Part shown: piece after piece, positions 53,614 through 63,145 of the stretch
Numbering within the stretch: the first letter of the stretch is position 1
Layout of the letters: each line of letters opens with the position of its first letter
DNA from: Parcubacteria bacterium GBS-2
Lineage (GTDB): Bacteria > Patescibacteriota > Minisyncoccia > Minisyncoccales > GBS-2
Length of the DNA stretch: 64,000 nt
NCBI GenBank assembly: GCA_001443025.1
Contig: LEKP01000003.1
Span: 86,652 to 150,651 of the forward strand
Reading direction: 5' to 3'
Made by a program: the position numbers and the translations under genes
The notes under the pieces: generated by a model
Told to the model about the DNA's origin: nothing
Seen by the model: the letters and a program-made list of their open reading frames with translations, nothing else
The model's database searches: none

Positions 53614-53943
53614 TTAAAAAATAAAAACTTCTCTTAAATAATTTACCAAAAGTGGGGAAAGTTTTAAGACAAGCTGGGCCAAAGCTAAACCAACAACTCC
53701 ACTGAAAAGAAAAATAAAGGTGTGAAAAATACTGACTAAAAGTCCAATAATAAATTTTAAACCACCTTCTGGATACCATTCATTCGCCCAATAAGTACAG
53801 AGTAAAAACAAAACCAAAAAATAAACAAACATTGAGAAAAATAAAAGACGCATCCCAAAATCAAACGGTGCAAAAAGAAAAACTAAAAAAGAGCAAACTG
53901 TTACAATTTGAAGAGTTTTTTCCCCAACTAAATCAAGTTTCAT
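53614..53943 (-). CDS. Small integral membrane protein
   Basis: 109 aa, 3-4 TM. 1-nt spacing or overlap with both neighbours. Confidence 0.45.
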   Translation of the reverse strand: MKLDLVGEKTLQIVTVCSFLVFLFAPFDFGMRLLFFSMFVYFLVLFLLCTYWANEWYPEGGLKFIIGLLVSIFHTFIFLFSGVVGLALAQLVLKLSPLLVNYLREVFIF

Positions 53944-54905
53944 TAAATTTCAGCAGTTTTGATTCTGTATCTTCCTTTTTCATCTCTTTCAAAATATCTT
54001 GCTAAATTTACCAAAACAGTATTTGTTTTTACGATTCTTTGCTTTTTAATTCGCTCAAAAATTTCTTCCTTTGTTAAAGGACCTTCTTCTTTCAAAATTT
54101 TAAAAATCACATCTTTCACTTCGCCAGGAAAATATCCCCATTCTTTCAAAGCATAAATTCCTCTTCCAATCAAAACAAACCTTCCATCTTTTATTAATTC
54201 ATTGTGAACGCTCTTTAAATTTGCTCCTTCAATATACCTTACTACCTCGGTAAAATGTAAAGGTTTTTGAAATTCTTTAAATACTAAATAGATTTTATCT
54301 CCCAAATTTTTCGGATTTATCTCCGGCCAATCTATCAATCCATAAAGTCCTTTTTTGTTTTTTTGAATTTTCTTTGAAATTTCTAAAAACCCTTCTAAAA
54401 TTTTTTCGTTTATTTTTATTTCCGAAGCAATTTCTTTCAAATCCATAGGTTCTTTTTTCTTTCTTAGTATTTTAATGACCGAAGAAATAATATTTTTAAC
54501 TTTTTCTAACGATTTGCGATTGGTCATCCAACACGAAAAAAAGTTTTCGTTTTGCTTGATCCTTATAAATCTTTCGTCCAAACTTAAAAGAAAAAATAAT
54601 TCATTTTTTTCTTCTCCTCCTAATTCCTCAAGCAATCTTTCTTCTTTCCTGATCCCTCCAACTTTTTTAAAGTAATCCAAAAATTTTTTGAAGACATCCT
54701 GATATTTTTCTAATTTCCGCCTTATCTTCGCCAATGCTGTTTCTTCAATTTGTCTAACTCTCTCTCTTGTTATACCAAAACTATCTCCAATGGATTGAAG
54801 CGTCTCTTTTTCTTTTTTTTCTAATCCAAATCTTCTTACAATAACTTCTTTTTCTCTATCTTTTAAATCTGAAATTAAATCTCTGCAGATTTTTTTCAGA
54901 GTCAT
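53943..54905 (-). CDS. Sigma-70 region-4 HTH protein with C-terminal HARE-HTH-like domains
   Basis: KEVIVRRFGL...ETLQSIGDSFGITRERVRQIEETALAKIRRKL. Later IGRGIYALKEWGY and GRYRIK winged-helix-like segments. Confidence 0.6.
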   Translation of the reverse strand: MTLKKICRDLISDLKDREKEVIVRRFGLEKKEKETLQSIGDSFGITRERVRQIEETALAKIRRKLEKYQDVFKKFLDYFKKVGGIRKEERLLEELGGEEKNELFFLLSLDERFIRIKQNENFFSCWMTNRKSLEKVKNIISSVIKILRKKKEPMDLKEIASEIKINEKILEGFLEISKKIQKNKKGLYGLIDWPEINPKNLGDKIYLVFKEFQKPLHFTEVVRYIEGANLKSVHNELIKDGRFVLIGRGIYALKEWGYFPGEVKDVIFKILKEEGPLTKEEIFERIKKQRIVKTNTVLVNLARYFERDEKGRYRIKTAEI

Positions 54906-54936
54906 TTTTCTATTTAATCAAATATAAAAATTTTTG

Positions 54937-55836
54937 TCAAGATTTTTTATTTTTAAACCTCTCTCTTAAGGTCACTAATAAAGGAGTGGCTAAAAAGATT
55001 GAAGAATAAGTACCAAATGAAATGCCTAAAATTAAAACCAAAGAAAAATATTTCAAACTTTCACCTACTAAGAAAAAAATCGTAATTAAAGGAAAAAGAG
55101 TGGTTAAGGAAGTATTTATCTGTCTAGTCAAAGTTTGGTTGATTGCCTCATCGGCAACTTGATAAAGACTCTTTTTGGGAAACTTTTGAACAATTTCTCT
55201 AACTCGATCAAAAACTACTACGACATTGTTAATCGAATAACCAATGATAGTTAAAAAGGCAATCACTAAAGGAATAGAAAATTGGACATTTTGATTTCTT
55301 CCTAGAAAAGAAAAAACTCCCAAGGGCAAAATCAGATCATGTAAGAGACAAAAAATTACTACTAAAGCACATTGCCAAGCAGGAATGGTTGGGGAGAGAT
55401 TTTTAAACGCAATTGAAATGTAAATAATAATCGCACAAATAGAAAGAATTGTAATCAAAAATGCTTTTTCTTTTAATTCCTTACTGATAATAGGACCGAT
55501 TGTTTCAGACTGGACTTCTCTTAATTTTCCAAATTCTTTTAATTTTTCAATAGTTTTCTCTTTCAGATCTGGGTTAAGTTCTTTAGTCCTTAAAATAATT
55601 TCATTTTCTCCTGCAGGTTGAATCATAAATTCTTTTAATTCCAACTCAAAAAGGCTTCTCTCCAAATCTCTGATTTCTGGTCTTCTTTCTAAATACTCAA
55701 TTTCCAAAATCGTCCCGCCTGTAAATTCAATGGAAAAATTTAATTTAAAAAGGAACAAAGAAAAAATAGAAGCCAAAGTCGCCAAAAAAGAAATTGAATA
55801 AAAAATTCTCCGATATTTGGAAAAGGGAATTACCAT
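54937..55836 (-). CDS. secF: Protein translocase subunit SecF
   Basis: 299 aa, SecD/F 6-TM topology. 7-nt overlap with secD. Confidence 0.85.
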   Translation of the reverse strand: MVIPFSKYRRIFYSISFLATLASIFSLFLFKLNFSIEFTGGTILEIEYLERRPEIRDLERSLFELELKEFMIQPAGENEIILRTKELNPDLKEKTIEKLKEFGKLREVQSETIGPIISKELKEKAFLITILSICAIIIYISIAFKNLSPTIPAWQCALVVIFCLLHDLILPLGVFSFLGRNQNVQFSIPLVIAFLTIIGYSINNVVVVFDRVREIVQKFPKKSLYQVADEAINQTLTRQINTSLTTLFPLITIFFLVGESLKYFSLVLILGISFGTYSSIFLATPLLVTLRERFKNKKS

Positions 55837-57122
55837 AAGATTTTTACTCTTGCCAATCTGGTATTAACGAATGTTTGCAAAAATTTATTTGTCACAACTA
55901 TTGCAGTAAACATTGAAACAAAAATTCCCAAAATCAAACTTATAGCAAATCCTCTTACAAAACTCGTTCCGATAAAAAAGAAAATAAAAGCCACTAATAA
56001 AGTCGTCAAATTCCCATCTCTAATCGCGGGCCAGGCTCTTTTAACTCCTTCTTCCAATGCCTCTTTTAGATCTTTTCCGCCTTTCAATTCCTCTCTCATT
56101 CTAGAAAAAATCAAAATGTTAGCATCAACTGCCATTCCTAAAGAAAGTAAAAAACCCCCTATTCCTGCCAGAGTCAAAGTAAAGGAAAATAACTTAAACA
56201 AGGCAAGAACAAAAAACAAGTAAAGAGTCAAAGATAAAGAGGCAATAATTCCAGGTAACCTATAAAACAAAATCATAAAAATTACAATTGCTAAAAATCC
56301 AACGATGCCTGCTTTAAGCGAACGTTCAAGAGAAATTTTCCCTAAGGTTGGCCCGACGCTTTTTTGAGAAATTAAAGTAATCGGTGCTGGAAGAGCACCA
56401 GCGTTCAAATTTCTTGCCAACTCCCTCGCCTCTTCAATTGTAAAATTTCCGGTAATTTGAGCTTTACCTCCTGAAATTTTTTCTCTCACAATTGGGCTGG
56501 AAATCATCTTTTGATCGATAAAAATTGCAAGATGTTTCCCAATGTTTCTCTGCGTTAATTCTTCAAAAATTTTCGCTCCTTCTTCATCAAATTCCAAAGT
56601 CACTACTACCTCTGAAGTCATTGGATTCATTTCCACATCTGCTCTTTTTAGATATCTTCCAGTTAAAGAAGTGGGTTTAAAAAGTTTTTCTAACTCCTCT
56701 TTCGAAATTTCTTTTTTTTCTGAAACTTTATAAAAATCTTCGCTTTCTTCCCTAAACTCTAAATAAGGAGTTTTCCCTATTTCTTTAATTGCCTCATTTG
56801 GATCAATTTCCCCAGAAAGCTCTACAATTATCCTCTCTCCTCGAACCTGAATTAATGGTTCTCTTACTCCAAAAAGATTTACTCTTCTTTCAAGAATATC
56901 TTTCAATCCTTCCATTACCGATTTTTTTTCTTTCTCTTCAATTTGTGAAAGATCTGCTTGATAAACTAAATGAACACCTCCTTGTAAATCTAGCCCTAGT
57001 TTAAAATCCTTTTTTGGAAATTTTGGTAAATTCAAAATCTGCGGAAAGGAAAAATTAAAAGCTAAAAAACCCAAAAGAAGAATTGTTAAATTAAAAAGGA
57101 GCGTTTTATTTTTTTCATCCAT
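55830..57122 (-). CDS. secD: Protein translocase subunit SecD (start at internal ATG 57122, 2 nt after the secA stop)
   Basis: LGLDLQGGVHLVY, periplasmic P1 domain, C-terminal SecD/F TM bundle. Confidence 0.85.
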   Translation of the reverse strand: MDEKNKTLLFNLTILLLGFLAFNFSFPQILNLPKFPKKDFKLGLDLQGGVHLVYQADLSQIEEKEKKSVMEGLKDILERRVNLFGVREPLIQVRGERIIVELSGEIDPNEAIKEIGKTPYLEFREESEDFYKVSEKKEISKEELEKLFKPTSLTGRYLKRADVEMNPMTSEVVVTLEFDEEGAKIFEELTQRNIGKHLAIFIDQKMISSPIVREKISGGKAQITGNFTIEEARELARNLNAGALPAPITLISQKSVGPTLGKISLERSLKAGIVGFLAIVIFMILFYRLPGIIASLSLTLYLFFVLALFKLFSFTLTLAGIGGFLLSLGMAVDANILIFSRMREELKGGKDLKEALEEGVKRAWPAIRDGNLTTLLVAFIFFFIGTSFVRGFAISLILGIFVSMFTAIVVTNKFLQTFVNTRLARVKILW

Positions 57123-59571
57123 ATTTTGGCCAACAACATTTTTTATACTTTTTCCCAGACCCACAAGGGCATGGCTCGTTCCTTCCTATTTTTTTCTTAA
57201 AATTCTTGCTTTCAAAAGAATTATCTCTTTTTTCTAATTTTAAACTAATTACTGCCTTAACAAAAGTAGAATTTAAGGTTTCAAAGAAATTTTTGAACAT
57301 TAAGTTCCCTTCCTTTTTATACTCAACGAGAGGTTCCTTTTGTCCATAAGCCCTCAGTGAAATAGAATCGCGCAGATATTCCATATTCTCTAAATGGTTT
57401 ATCCAAAGACTATCTAAAATCCTCAAGTAAAGGTATTTTGAAATTTCTAAAATTCTCTCTTTCCCAATTTCCTCTTCCTTTTTTTCAAAATCTTCTTTTT
57501 TAACGCCTTCCTTTTCAAGTATTTCAATAATCTTCATCCTCCAGCGAGAAGGATCCAATTCGAGAATCTCCTTTCTTTGTTTATAAACTCTCTCTCGGTG
57601 TAAATTCAACACGCTGTCATATTCTAAAAGATGTTTTCTTAAATCAAAATTAAAACCTTCAACTCGTGCCTGAGCCTCGTCGATTGCTTTCGAAACAATT
57701 TTTGATTCAATTGGATGATCTTCTGGAATGTTCAATGTTTCCATCAAAGCCTTTATTTTTTCTCCTCCAAAAATTCTGATTAATTCGTCCTCTAAAGAAA
57801 TAAAAAATTGCGAAGATCCTGGATCCCCTTGCCTCCCTGCTCTCCCTCTCAATTGATTGTCAATTCTTCTCGCTTCATGCCTTTCTGTGCCGATAACGTG
57901 CAGTCCTCCAAGCTTTTTAATTTTTTCATATTCTTCTTTATTTTGCGGGTTTCCTCCCAAAATTATATCCACCCCTCTTCCTGCCATGTTTGTCGCTACA
58001 GTCACTGCTCCGAGTTTTCCAGCTTGAGCTATAATTTGTCCTTCTTTTTCATGATGTTTTGCATTCAAGACTTGATGGGGAATTCCTTCTTTTTTCAAGA
58101 GCTTAGATAAATATTCATTTTTTTCTATTGATCTTGTTCCAATTAAAATCGGTTGTCCTAAAGCATGCCTTCTTTTAACTTCTTCAACTATTGCTTTAAA
58201 TTTTGCTTTCTCTGTTTTGAAAATTTTATCTGGTAAATCAACCCTAATCATTGGTTTGTTTGTAGGAATGATCACAGTTTCTAATCCATAAACTTCTAAA
58301 AATTCTTCAGCAGAGGTTGCCGCAGTTCCTGTCATTCCAGCCAATTTTTTGTATTTTCTGAAATAATTTTGAAAAGTGATTGAAGCTAGAGTAATCGTTT
58401 CTCCTTTGACTCTAACTTCAGGATGCCCTCTAATATGCTCTTTTGCTTCCACTGCCTGATGTAATCCTGCAGACCATCTTCTCCCAGGAAGCAATCTTCC
58501 TGTGAATTCATCGACGATAATTATTTCTCCATTCTTGATTACATAATCTCTATCTAAGGCAAAAAACTCTTTTGCTCTGATGGCATTTTCCAATTTATGA
58601 ATCGTCCTAAAATCTCCTTCTGCCCAAGGATCCCTTTTTAAGATTGAAATAACTTTTTTCTCGCCTTCTTCTTTCCAATTGAAAAATTTTTCTTTTTCAT
58701 TCACTGTGTAATCTTTATCTCTTTCTAGTCTTTCGGCAATTTGGGCAAAAAAATAGTATTCCTCCTCTGCTTCCCTCGCAGGAGAAGAAATTATCAAAGG
58801 AGTTCTTGCCTCATCTATCAAAATTGAATCCACTTCATCCACAATAGCATAATAGTGCCCTCTTTGAACGATGCTTTCTAAAGAATAAGCCATATTGTCT
58901 CTTAAATAATCAAACCCAAATTCATTATTTGTCCCATAAGTAATATCAGCCAAATACGCTTCCTTTCTTGTGCAAGGTCTTAAAAAATCTTCAACAACAT
59001 AAAAAGACCCAAGTTCATCTCTAAGTTTCTCTTTTTCTTCAGGGGGCTTTTTATAATCGGGATCGTACAAAAAAGATTGATCATGATTTATACAACCAAC
59101 TGAAATCCCTAAAATATGATAGATTTGTCCCATCCAAACCGTGTCTCTTCTGGCTAAATAATCATTAACCGTGACCAAATGACATCCTTTTCCTACAAGC
59201 GCATTCAAATAAAGAGGCATTGTCGCAGTTAAAGTTTTTCCTTCACCAGTTTTCATTTCAACAATTTTCCCTTCATGTAAAGCAATAGCTCCCATTATTT
59301 GAACATCAAAATGGCGCTGTCCCAAAGTCCTTTTTGCAGCCTCTCTGACCAAAGCAAAGGCTTCTGGCAAAATATCATCTAAAGTTTCTCCTTTTTTTAA
59401 TCTTTCTTTAAACTCAAAGGTTTTTTCTTTTAGTTTTGCATCAGGAATTTTTTCAAAATCTTTTTCTAAAGAGTTTATTTTTTCAACCAAAGGTTGAATT
59501 TTTTTTAAATATCTTGCATTAGGATCACCAAAAATTTTATTTAACCTAAACATACTTTTTATTTTAATCAA
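57115..59571 (-). CDS. secA: Preprotein translocase ATPase SecA
   Basis: 818 aa. MKTGEGKTL, DEVDSILIDEARTPLIIS, TNMAGRGVDI. C-terminal SEC-C Zn motif CPCGSGKKYKKCC. Confidence 0.95.
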   Translation of the reverse strand: MIKIKSMFRLNKIFGDPNARYLKKIQPLVEKINSLEKDFEKIPDAKLKEKTFEFKERLKKGETLDDILPEAFALVREAAKRTLGQRHFDVQIMGAIALHEGKIVEMKTGEGKTLTATMPLYLNALVGKGCHLVTVNDYLARRDTVWMGQIYHILGISVGCINHDQSFLYDPDYKKPPEEKEKLRDELGSFYVVEDFLRPCTRKEAYLADITYGTNNEFGFDYLRDNMAYSLESIVQRGHYYAIVDEVDSILIDEARTPLIISSPAREAEEEYYFFAQIAERLERDKDYTVNEKEKFFNWKEEGEKKVISILKRDPWAEGDFRTIHKLENAIRAKEFFALDRDYVIKNGEIIIVDEFTGRLLPGRRWSAGLHQAVEAKEHIRGHPEVRVKGETITLASITFQNYFRKYKKLAGMTGTAATSAEEFLEVYGLETVIIPTNKPMIRVDLPDKIFKTEKAKFKAIVEEVKRRHALGQPILIGTRSIEKNEYLSKLLKKEGIPHQVLNAKHHEKEGQIIAQAGKLGAVTVATNMAGRGVDIILGGNPQNKEEYEKIKKLGGLHVIGTERHEARRIDNQLRGRAGRQGDPGSSQFFISLEDELIRIFGGEKIKALMETLNIPEDHPIESKIVSKAIDEAQARVEGFNFDLRKHLLEYDSVLNLHRERVYKQRKEILELDPSRWRMKIIEILEKEGVKKEDFEKKEEEIGKERILEISKYLYLRILDSLWINHLENMEYLRDSISLRAYGQKEPLVEYKKEGNLMFKNFFETLNSTFVKAVISLKLEKRDNSFESKNFKKKIGRNEPCPCGSGKKYKKCCWPKYG

Positions 59572-59592
59572 TTTTTTAAAAAGCGGAAATTT

Positions 59593-59620
59593 AAAAATAA
59601 AAAAGAAGGGGGGGCCCTCC
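59593..59620 (-). terminator. Rho-independent terminator of the small high-GC gene
   Basis: Minus strand GGAGGG-CCCC-CCCTTC followed by TTTTTTATTTTT. Confidence 0.55.
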
Positions 59621-59636
59621 GATTTTAAAAAGAGCT

Positions 59637-59979
59637 TTATGAAATTAATTTTTGTATGGAAACACCCGAGGCGTCAAGAAGATTGATTTCAGCTTTTTCT
59701 CGGTTTAATTCTATTTTTTTTCCTCCCGAGAGATCGACTAAATTGAATTTTCCCACCAGTTCCAGATGAAGATCGTGGGCCTCGCTTGCATCAACTATAA
59801 TGGCCATGCCTTCAACTCTTACCCATCCAGATGTTTTGGAAAGGTCGACTCGGTTAAAAGCTCCTTTGATGACGAATGGTTTTTCTTTCTCTCCAAGTGT
59901 TCTCTCGCTGTAATCCCTGTTCTCCAATCTCCTTAGCAGTTTACATAGTTCTTCTATTTTTTTATCTTTTCTTTTTTCA
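59637..59979 (-). CDS. Hypothetical small beta-rich protein. The 96-codon ORF (59637-59927) probably starts at GTG 59979 and is joined by a -1 shift on an A7 run
   Basis: The ORF-track TTG start has its SD only 1 nt upstream. Upstream, GGAGGTGAGGAGG precedes GTG AAA AAA GAA AAG ATA AAA AAA TAG. A -1 shift at A AAA AAA reads ...IEELCKLLRRLENRDYSER... in the main frame. Confidence 0.5.
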
Positions 59980-60012
59980 CCCTCCTCACCTCCTTTCTAA
60001 AGATCATAGAAT

Positions 60013-60041
60013 ATTATAATCCAAATTTTAAATTTTGTCAA
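60013..60041 (-). promoter_or_regulatory. Consensus sigma70 promoter
   Basis: Minus strand TTGACA (60041-60036), exactly 17 nt, TATAAT (60018-60013). Confidence 0.7.
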
Positions 60042-60078
60042 GTCCAGCAAAGTAACGAAAAATCTGAAGAAAATTACC

Positions 60079-60954
60079 TTAAAATTGCTTCTCAAAAACA
60101 ATTCCCAAAATTTTAGAGATTAATTTTGCTGCCAAATAATTTGGATAAAATAATCCAGGAATTGGGGACAATTCAACTACATCAAAACCTAAAATCTCTT
60201 TTTCTTTTGCTACTTCTTTTACAATTTCTAAAATATTTTCAAAAAATAATCCTTCTGGCTCTGGGGTTCCAACGGCTGGCATGATTGAAGGATCTAGTAC
60301 ATCTAGATCGATAGTTAAATAAACTTTCTCTGCTAAGAAATCTAAAATTTCTTTTTTTTCATAATTTCTTTTGTAAAAAACTTTAACTTTTTTTGTTTTA
60401 TTTATGAAATTGAATTCCTCTTTTGAGATTGCTCTCACGCCAACCTGGCAAATTTTAATTTTCAAATCACCAACAATTCTTCTAGCAAAAGTTGCATGGT
60501 GGTATTTTGTTCCCTCAAATTCATCTCTTAAATCAGAGTGAGCATCAAACTGTAAAACTGAAAATTCATTTTTAAAAAATGTTTTGAAAGCCAAAACCGC
60601 TCCCAATGTTAAGGTGTGTTCTCCCCCTAAAATTACTGGGAATTTTTTATTTTTTATGATTTTCTCTACCGCTTTTTTAATCTGAAAAACCGCCTCTTTT
60701 GGAGAGTTTTTGGTTAAAGATAAAAAAGGTAAAGTAAAAATTCCAATCTTTGAAATGTCTTTTTTTAAATCTTCATCGAAAAGCTCAACATTTCTCGAAG
60801 CTTCAATGATTGCCTTAGGTCCCTCTTTTGTCCCTCCTAAATTGAAAACCGTTGCCTCAAAAGGAACTGGTAAAATCCAGACTTTAGATTTTTTCGGATT
60901 TTGATTCTCCAAACTTAAAAAATTGAAGGGTGATTCTTCTTTAAAAAGGTTCAT
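60079..60954 (-). CDS. speB: Agmatinase / ureohydrolase family enzyme
   Basis: GGEHTLT, DAHSDLR, DLDVLDP Mn-binding motifs. Confidence 0.85.
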   Translation of the reverse strand: MNLFKEESPFNFLSLENQNPKKSKVWILPVPFEATVFNLGGTKEGPKAIIEASRNVELFDEDLKKDISKIGIFTLPFLSLTKNSPKEAVFQIKKAVEKIIKNKKFPVILGGEHTLTLGAVLAFKTFFKNEFSVLQFDAHSDLRDEFEGTKYHHATFARRIVGDLKIKICQVGVRAISKEEFNFINKTKKVKVFYKRNYEKKEILDFLAEKVYLTIDLDVLDPSIMPAVGTPEPEGLFFENILEIVKEVAKEKEILGFDVVELSPIPGLFYPNYLAAKLISKILGIVFEKQF

Positions 60955-61969
60955 CGAAAATCTCTTCTAAAAATTTTGGAGGTTTCCTTTTAAAATCTCC
61001 AACTCTATCTGCTAAGGCATGGCAAATTAAAGGAAAGGCAATGGTAGCATCACAATAGCATTGAACATTATTTCCTTGTCTTGCTTCTTTTCCCCAAGAA
61101 ATTGCTTCTTCAAAAGTAGCTCCTGATAACCCGCCCCACTGGGGAGAATCGGTTGTAATTTGAATCGCAAAAGAATGAGGATAATCTAGAGTCTCTCCTT
61201 TTATTACCCCTTTTTCTGCCGCAATCATTTGAATGAAATCTTTTGGAACTCCTCCACCAATGAAAACCGCTCCAGTTTTTTTGCTCTTTTCTCCAATCAG
61301 AGTTATTTCATAAAAATCTTTGGTCTGGTCTAAAATAATATGTTTTTTATGATTTCTTTTTGCTAAAACTAAAGCAATTCCATATTCTGAATCAACCAAG
61401 GCTGGGCAAAAAACATGAACTTTCTTTTTGTAGGCTGTAGCCAAAAGACAATCGATTTTTCTTTCTGCCAAAAATTTTCCAAAAAGCCAACAAAACTCTC
61501 GTGTAGAATAGGGATAATTTTCTTTTAAAGAAAGAGCAAATTTTTTAATTAAATCAGTCATCTTTCGATATTTTTGACCATCGGTAAAGACATCATAGTA
61601 TCTAAAAATTTTTAATTTCCAAAGTTCTTCGTCATTGACTAGCCAGTGTCCCTGATAGTATCCGTGTAAAGTATCTTGAATGTCTTCTGAAATATTAGCT
61701 CCGGTAGGAACTAAAACATCAATGTATCTTTTTTCCATCAACCATTTAACCAATTTCCATTGACCGGTAGTTGACATTGATCCTGCAAATCCAAAAAATA
61801 TTGTCGTCTCTTTGTCTCTAATCATTTTTTCAAAAACATCAACAGCCTCTCCCAATTTTCTTCCTTGAAATCCAGTTTTTGACATTTCTTCCAAGAGCTG
61901 AAGAATTGATTTCCCTTTTTTAACTTCAATCGTTTTTAATTTTTTTGAAAGATATTTTCTTTTTTTCAT
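60941..61969 (-). CDS. Deoxyhypusine synthase-like protein (start at ATG 61969, ATGA overlap with the pdaD stop)
   Basis: [11 protein letters not shown] motif. EEAISWGKE matches the DHS catalytic-Lys region (EAVSWGK). Confidence 0.8.
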   Translation of the reverse strand: MKKRKYLSKKLKTIEVKKGKSILQLLEEMSKTGFQGRKLGEAVDVFEKMIRDKETTIFFGFAGSMSTTGQWKLVKWLMEKRYIDVLVPTGANISEDIQDTLHGYYQGHWLVNDEELWKLKIFRYYDVFTDGQKYRKMTDLIKKFALSLKENYPYSTREFCWLFGKFLAERKIDCLLATAYKKKVHVFCPALVDSEYGIALVLAKRNHKKHIILDQTKDFYEITLIGEKSKKTGAVFIGGGVPKDFIQMIAAEKGVIKGETLDYPHSFAIQITTDSPQWGGLSGATFEEAISWGKEARQGNNVQCYCDATIAFPLICHALADRVGDFKRKPPKFLEEIFDEPF

Positions 61970-62508
61970 GGAATAAAAACTGCAGCCGCCACAACACAAG
62001 TCCAAAGACCGTCTTTATGACCTTCTGCAGTTTGAGTGATATTTGTAGTATAAACAATTTTTTCTGACATTTTAAAAACCTTTTCTCGTTCATCCCAAGC
62101 AGAATCTGGATCAAAGACAATTCCCAAAGTAGATGCTAACATTGAGGCCGCTAAATCTTCAGCATATTCTCCTGCTTTTTCTTGAGTCTGACCGAAAGAG
62201 TGATGCTCTGCAATGTAACCATACTGATTTTTATCGGCGGGAATTGCACAGCCAATCGAAGCTGCAATTAATCTATTCGGTTCATTAGTTGCGTTCTTTG
62301 AAATTACCGTAAAAACGATTTCTCCAGGTTTTAAATATTTCAACCCTTCTTCCTTAGAGATTTTTTTACAGCCTGGGGGCAAAATTGAAGAAACCGAAAC
62401 TAAATTGAATTTTGAAATTCCAGCTTTTTCTAGAGCCAACTCAAAAGACTGTAAATAATTTTTGTGAACCCCAACTCCTTTTGTCAAAAAGAAATAACGT
62501 GGAACCAT
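61966..62508 (-). CDS. pdaD: Pyruvoyl-dependent arginine decarboxylase
   Basis: [26 protein letters not shown]...[11 protein letters not shown] (self-cleavage Ser-Ser site). Confidence 0.85.
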   Translation of the reverse strand: MVPRYFFLTKGVGVHKNYLQSFELALEKAGISKFNLVSVSSILPPGCKKISKEEGLKYLKPGEIVFTVISKNATNEPNRLIAASIGCAIPADKNQYGYIAEHHSFGQTQEKAGEYAEDLAASMLASTLGIVFDPDSAWDEREKVFKMSEKIVYTTNITQTAEGHKDGLWTCVVAAAVFIP

Positions 62509-62560
62509 TGGATTTATTTTATTATCTTAATTATCTTAAAACAAAATCACTAGTCAAGAT

Positions 62561-63145
62561 TCACAAAAGCTTGGCCTTCTTTATCGCTTTAGCCAATCTT
62601 ACAATATTTCTTCCTAAAATTTCTAATTCTTCTCCTTTCCAAGTTCCCTTCCCTCCCTCATCAAAAAAGGGAGATGCAAAAGGTGGAATGACACATCCCA
62701 TTTCATTAAAAACAGAAATTAAATAATGAGAAACTTCTTCTCCACCAGATTCTTGAGCAGGAGAAACAGCAGCAAATATTTTCTCTTCCAACAAGAACCC
62801 GTTATTTTCGAGAGAAGTCAATCTATCAATAAAGTTTTTAACCAAACCAGAAACTGAAAACCAATAGGAAGGACAACCTAAAACTATTCCTTGAGCTTTA
62901 AGTAAAAGAGGGTAAATTTTTTCCATGTCGTCTTTTTGTTTACAGGGAAAAGTACAACTTTTGGGAGAAGTAGAATAACAACCAAGGCAGGGTAAAATTT
63001 TAAAATCTATCAAATGAATCAATTTTACCTCTGCCCCTTCTTTCTCCGCTCCTTTCATTACTTTTTTTAAATATTTGACAGTCCTTCCAATTTTTCTTGG
63101 AGATCCGTTAATAAAAAGAATAAAAGGTTTCATGATCTTGAACAA
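62561..63145 (-). CDS. Flavodoxin-like FMN reductase / iron-sulfur flavoprotein family
   Basis: ILFINGSPRKIGRT; Cys cluster CLGCYSTSPKSCTFPC. Confidence 0.7.
   Translation of the reverse strand: MFKIMKPFILFINGSPRKIGRTVKYLKKVMKGAEKEGAEVKLIHLIDFKILPCLGCYSTSPKSCTFPCKQKDDMEKIYPLLLKAQGIVLGCPSYWFSVSGLVKNFIDRLTSLENNGFLLEEKIFAAVSPAQESGGEEVSHYLISVFNEMGCVIPPFASPFFDEGGKGTWKGEELEILGRNIVRLAKAIKKAKLL

Noticed and set aside
53507-53779. Same-strand alternative-frame ORFs (53507-53779, 27087-27269, 37154-37339, 19268-19459, 61926-62120)
   Set aside because: Each is nested in or overlaps a longer ORF with clear family motifs. Their translations are compositionally odd.
59637-59927. SecM/MifM-like secretion-monitoring leader for secA
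   Set aside because: The ORF has no signal peptide or TM segment. It has its own consensus promoter and a terminator before secA.
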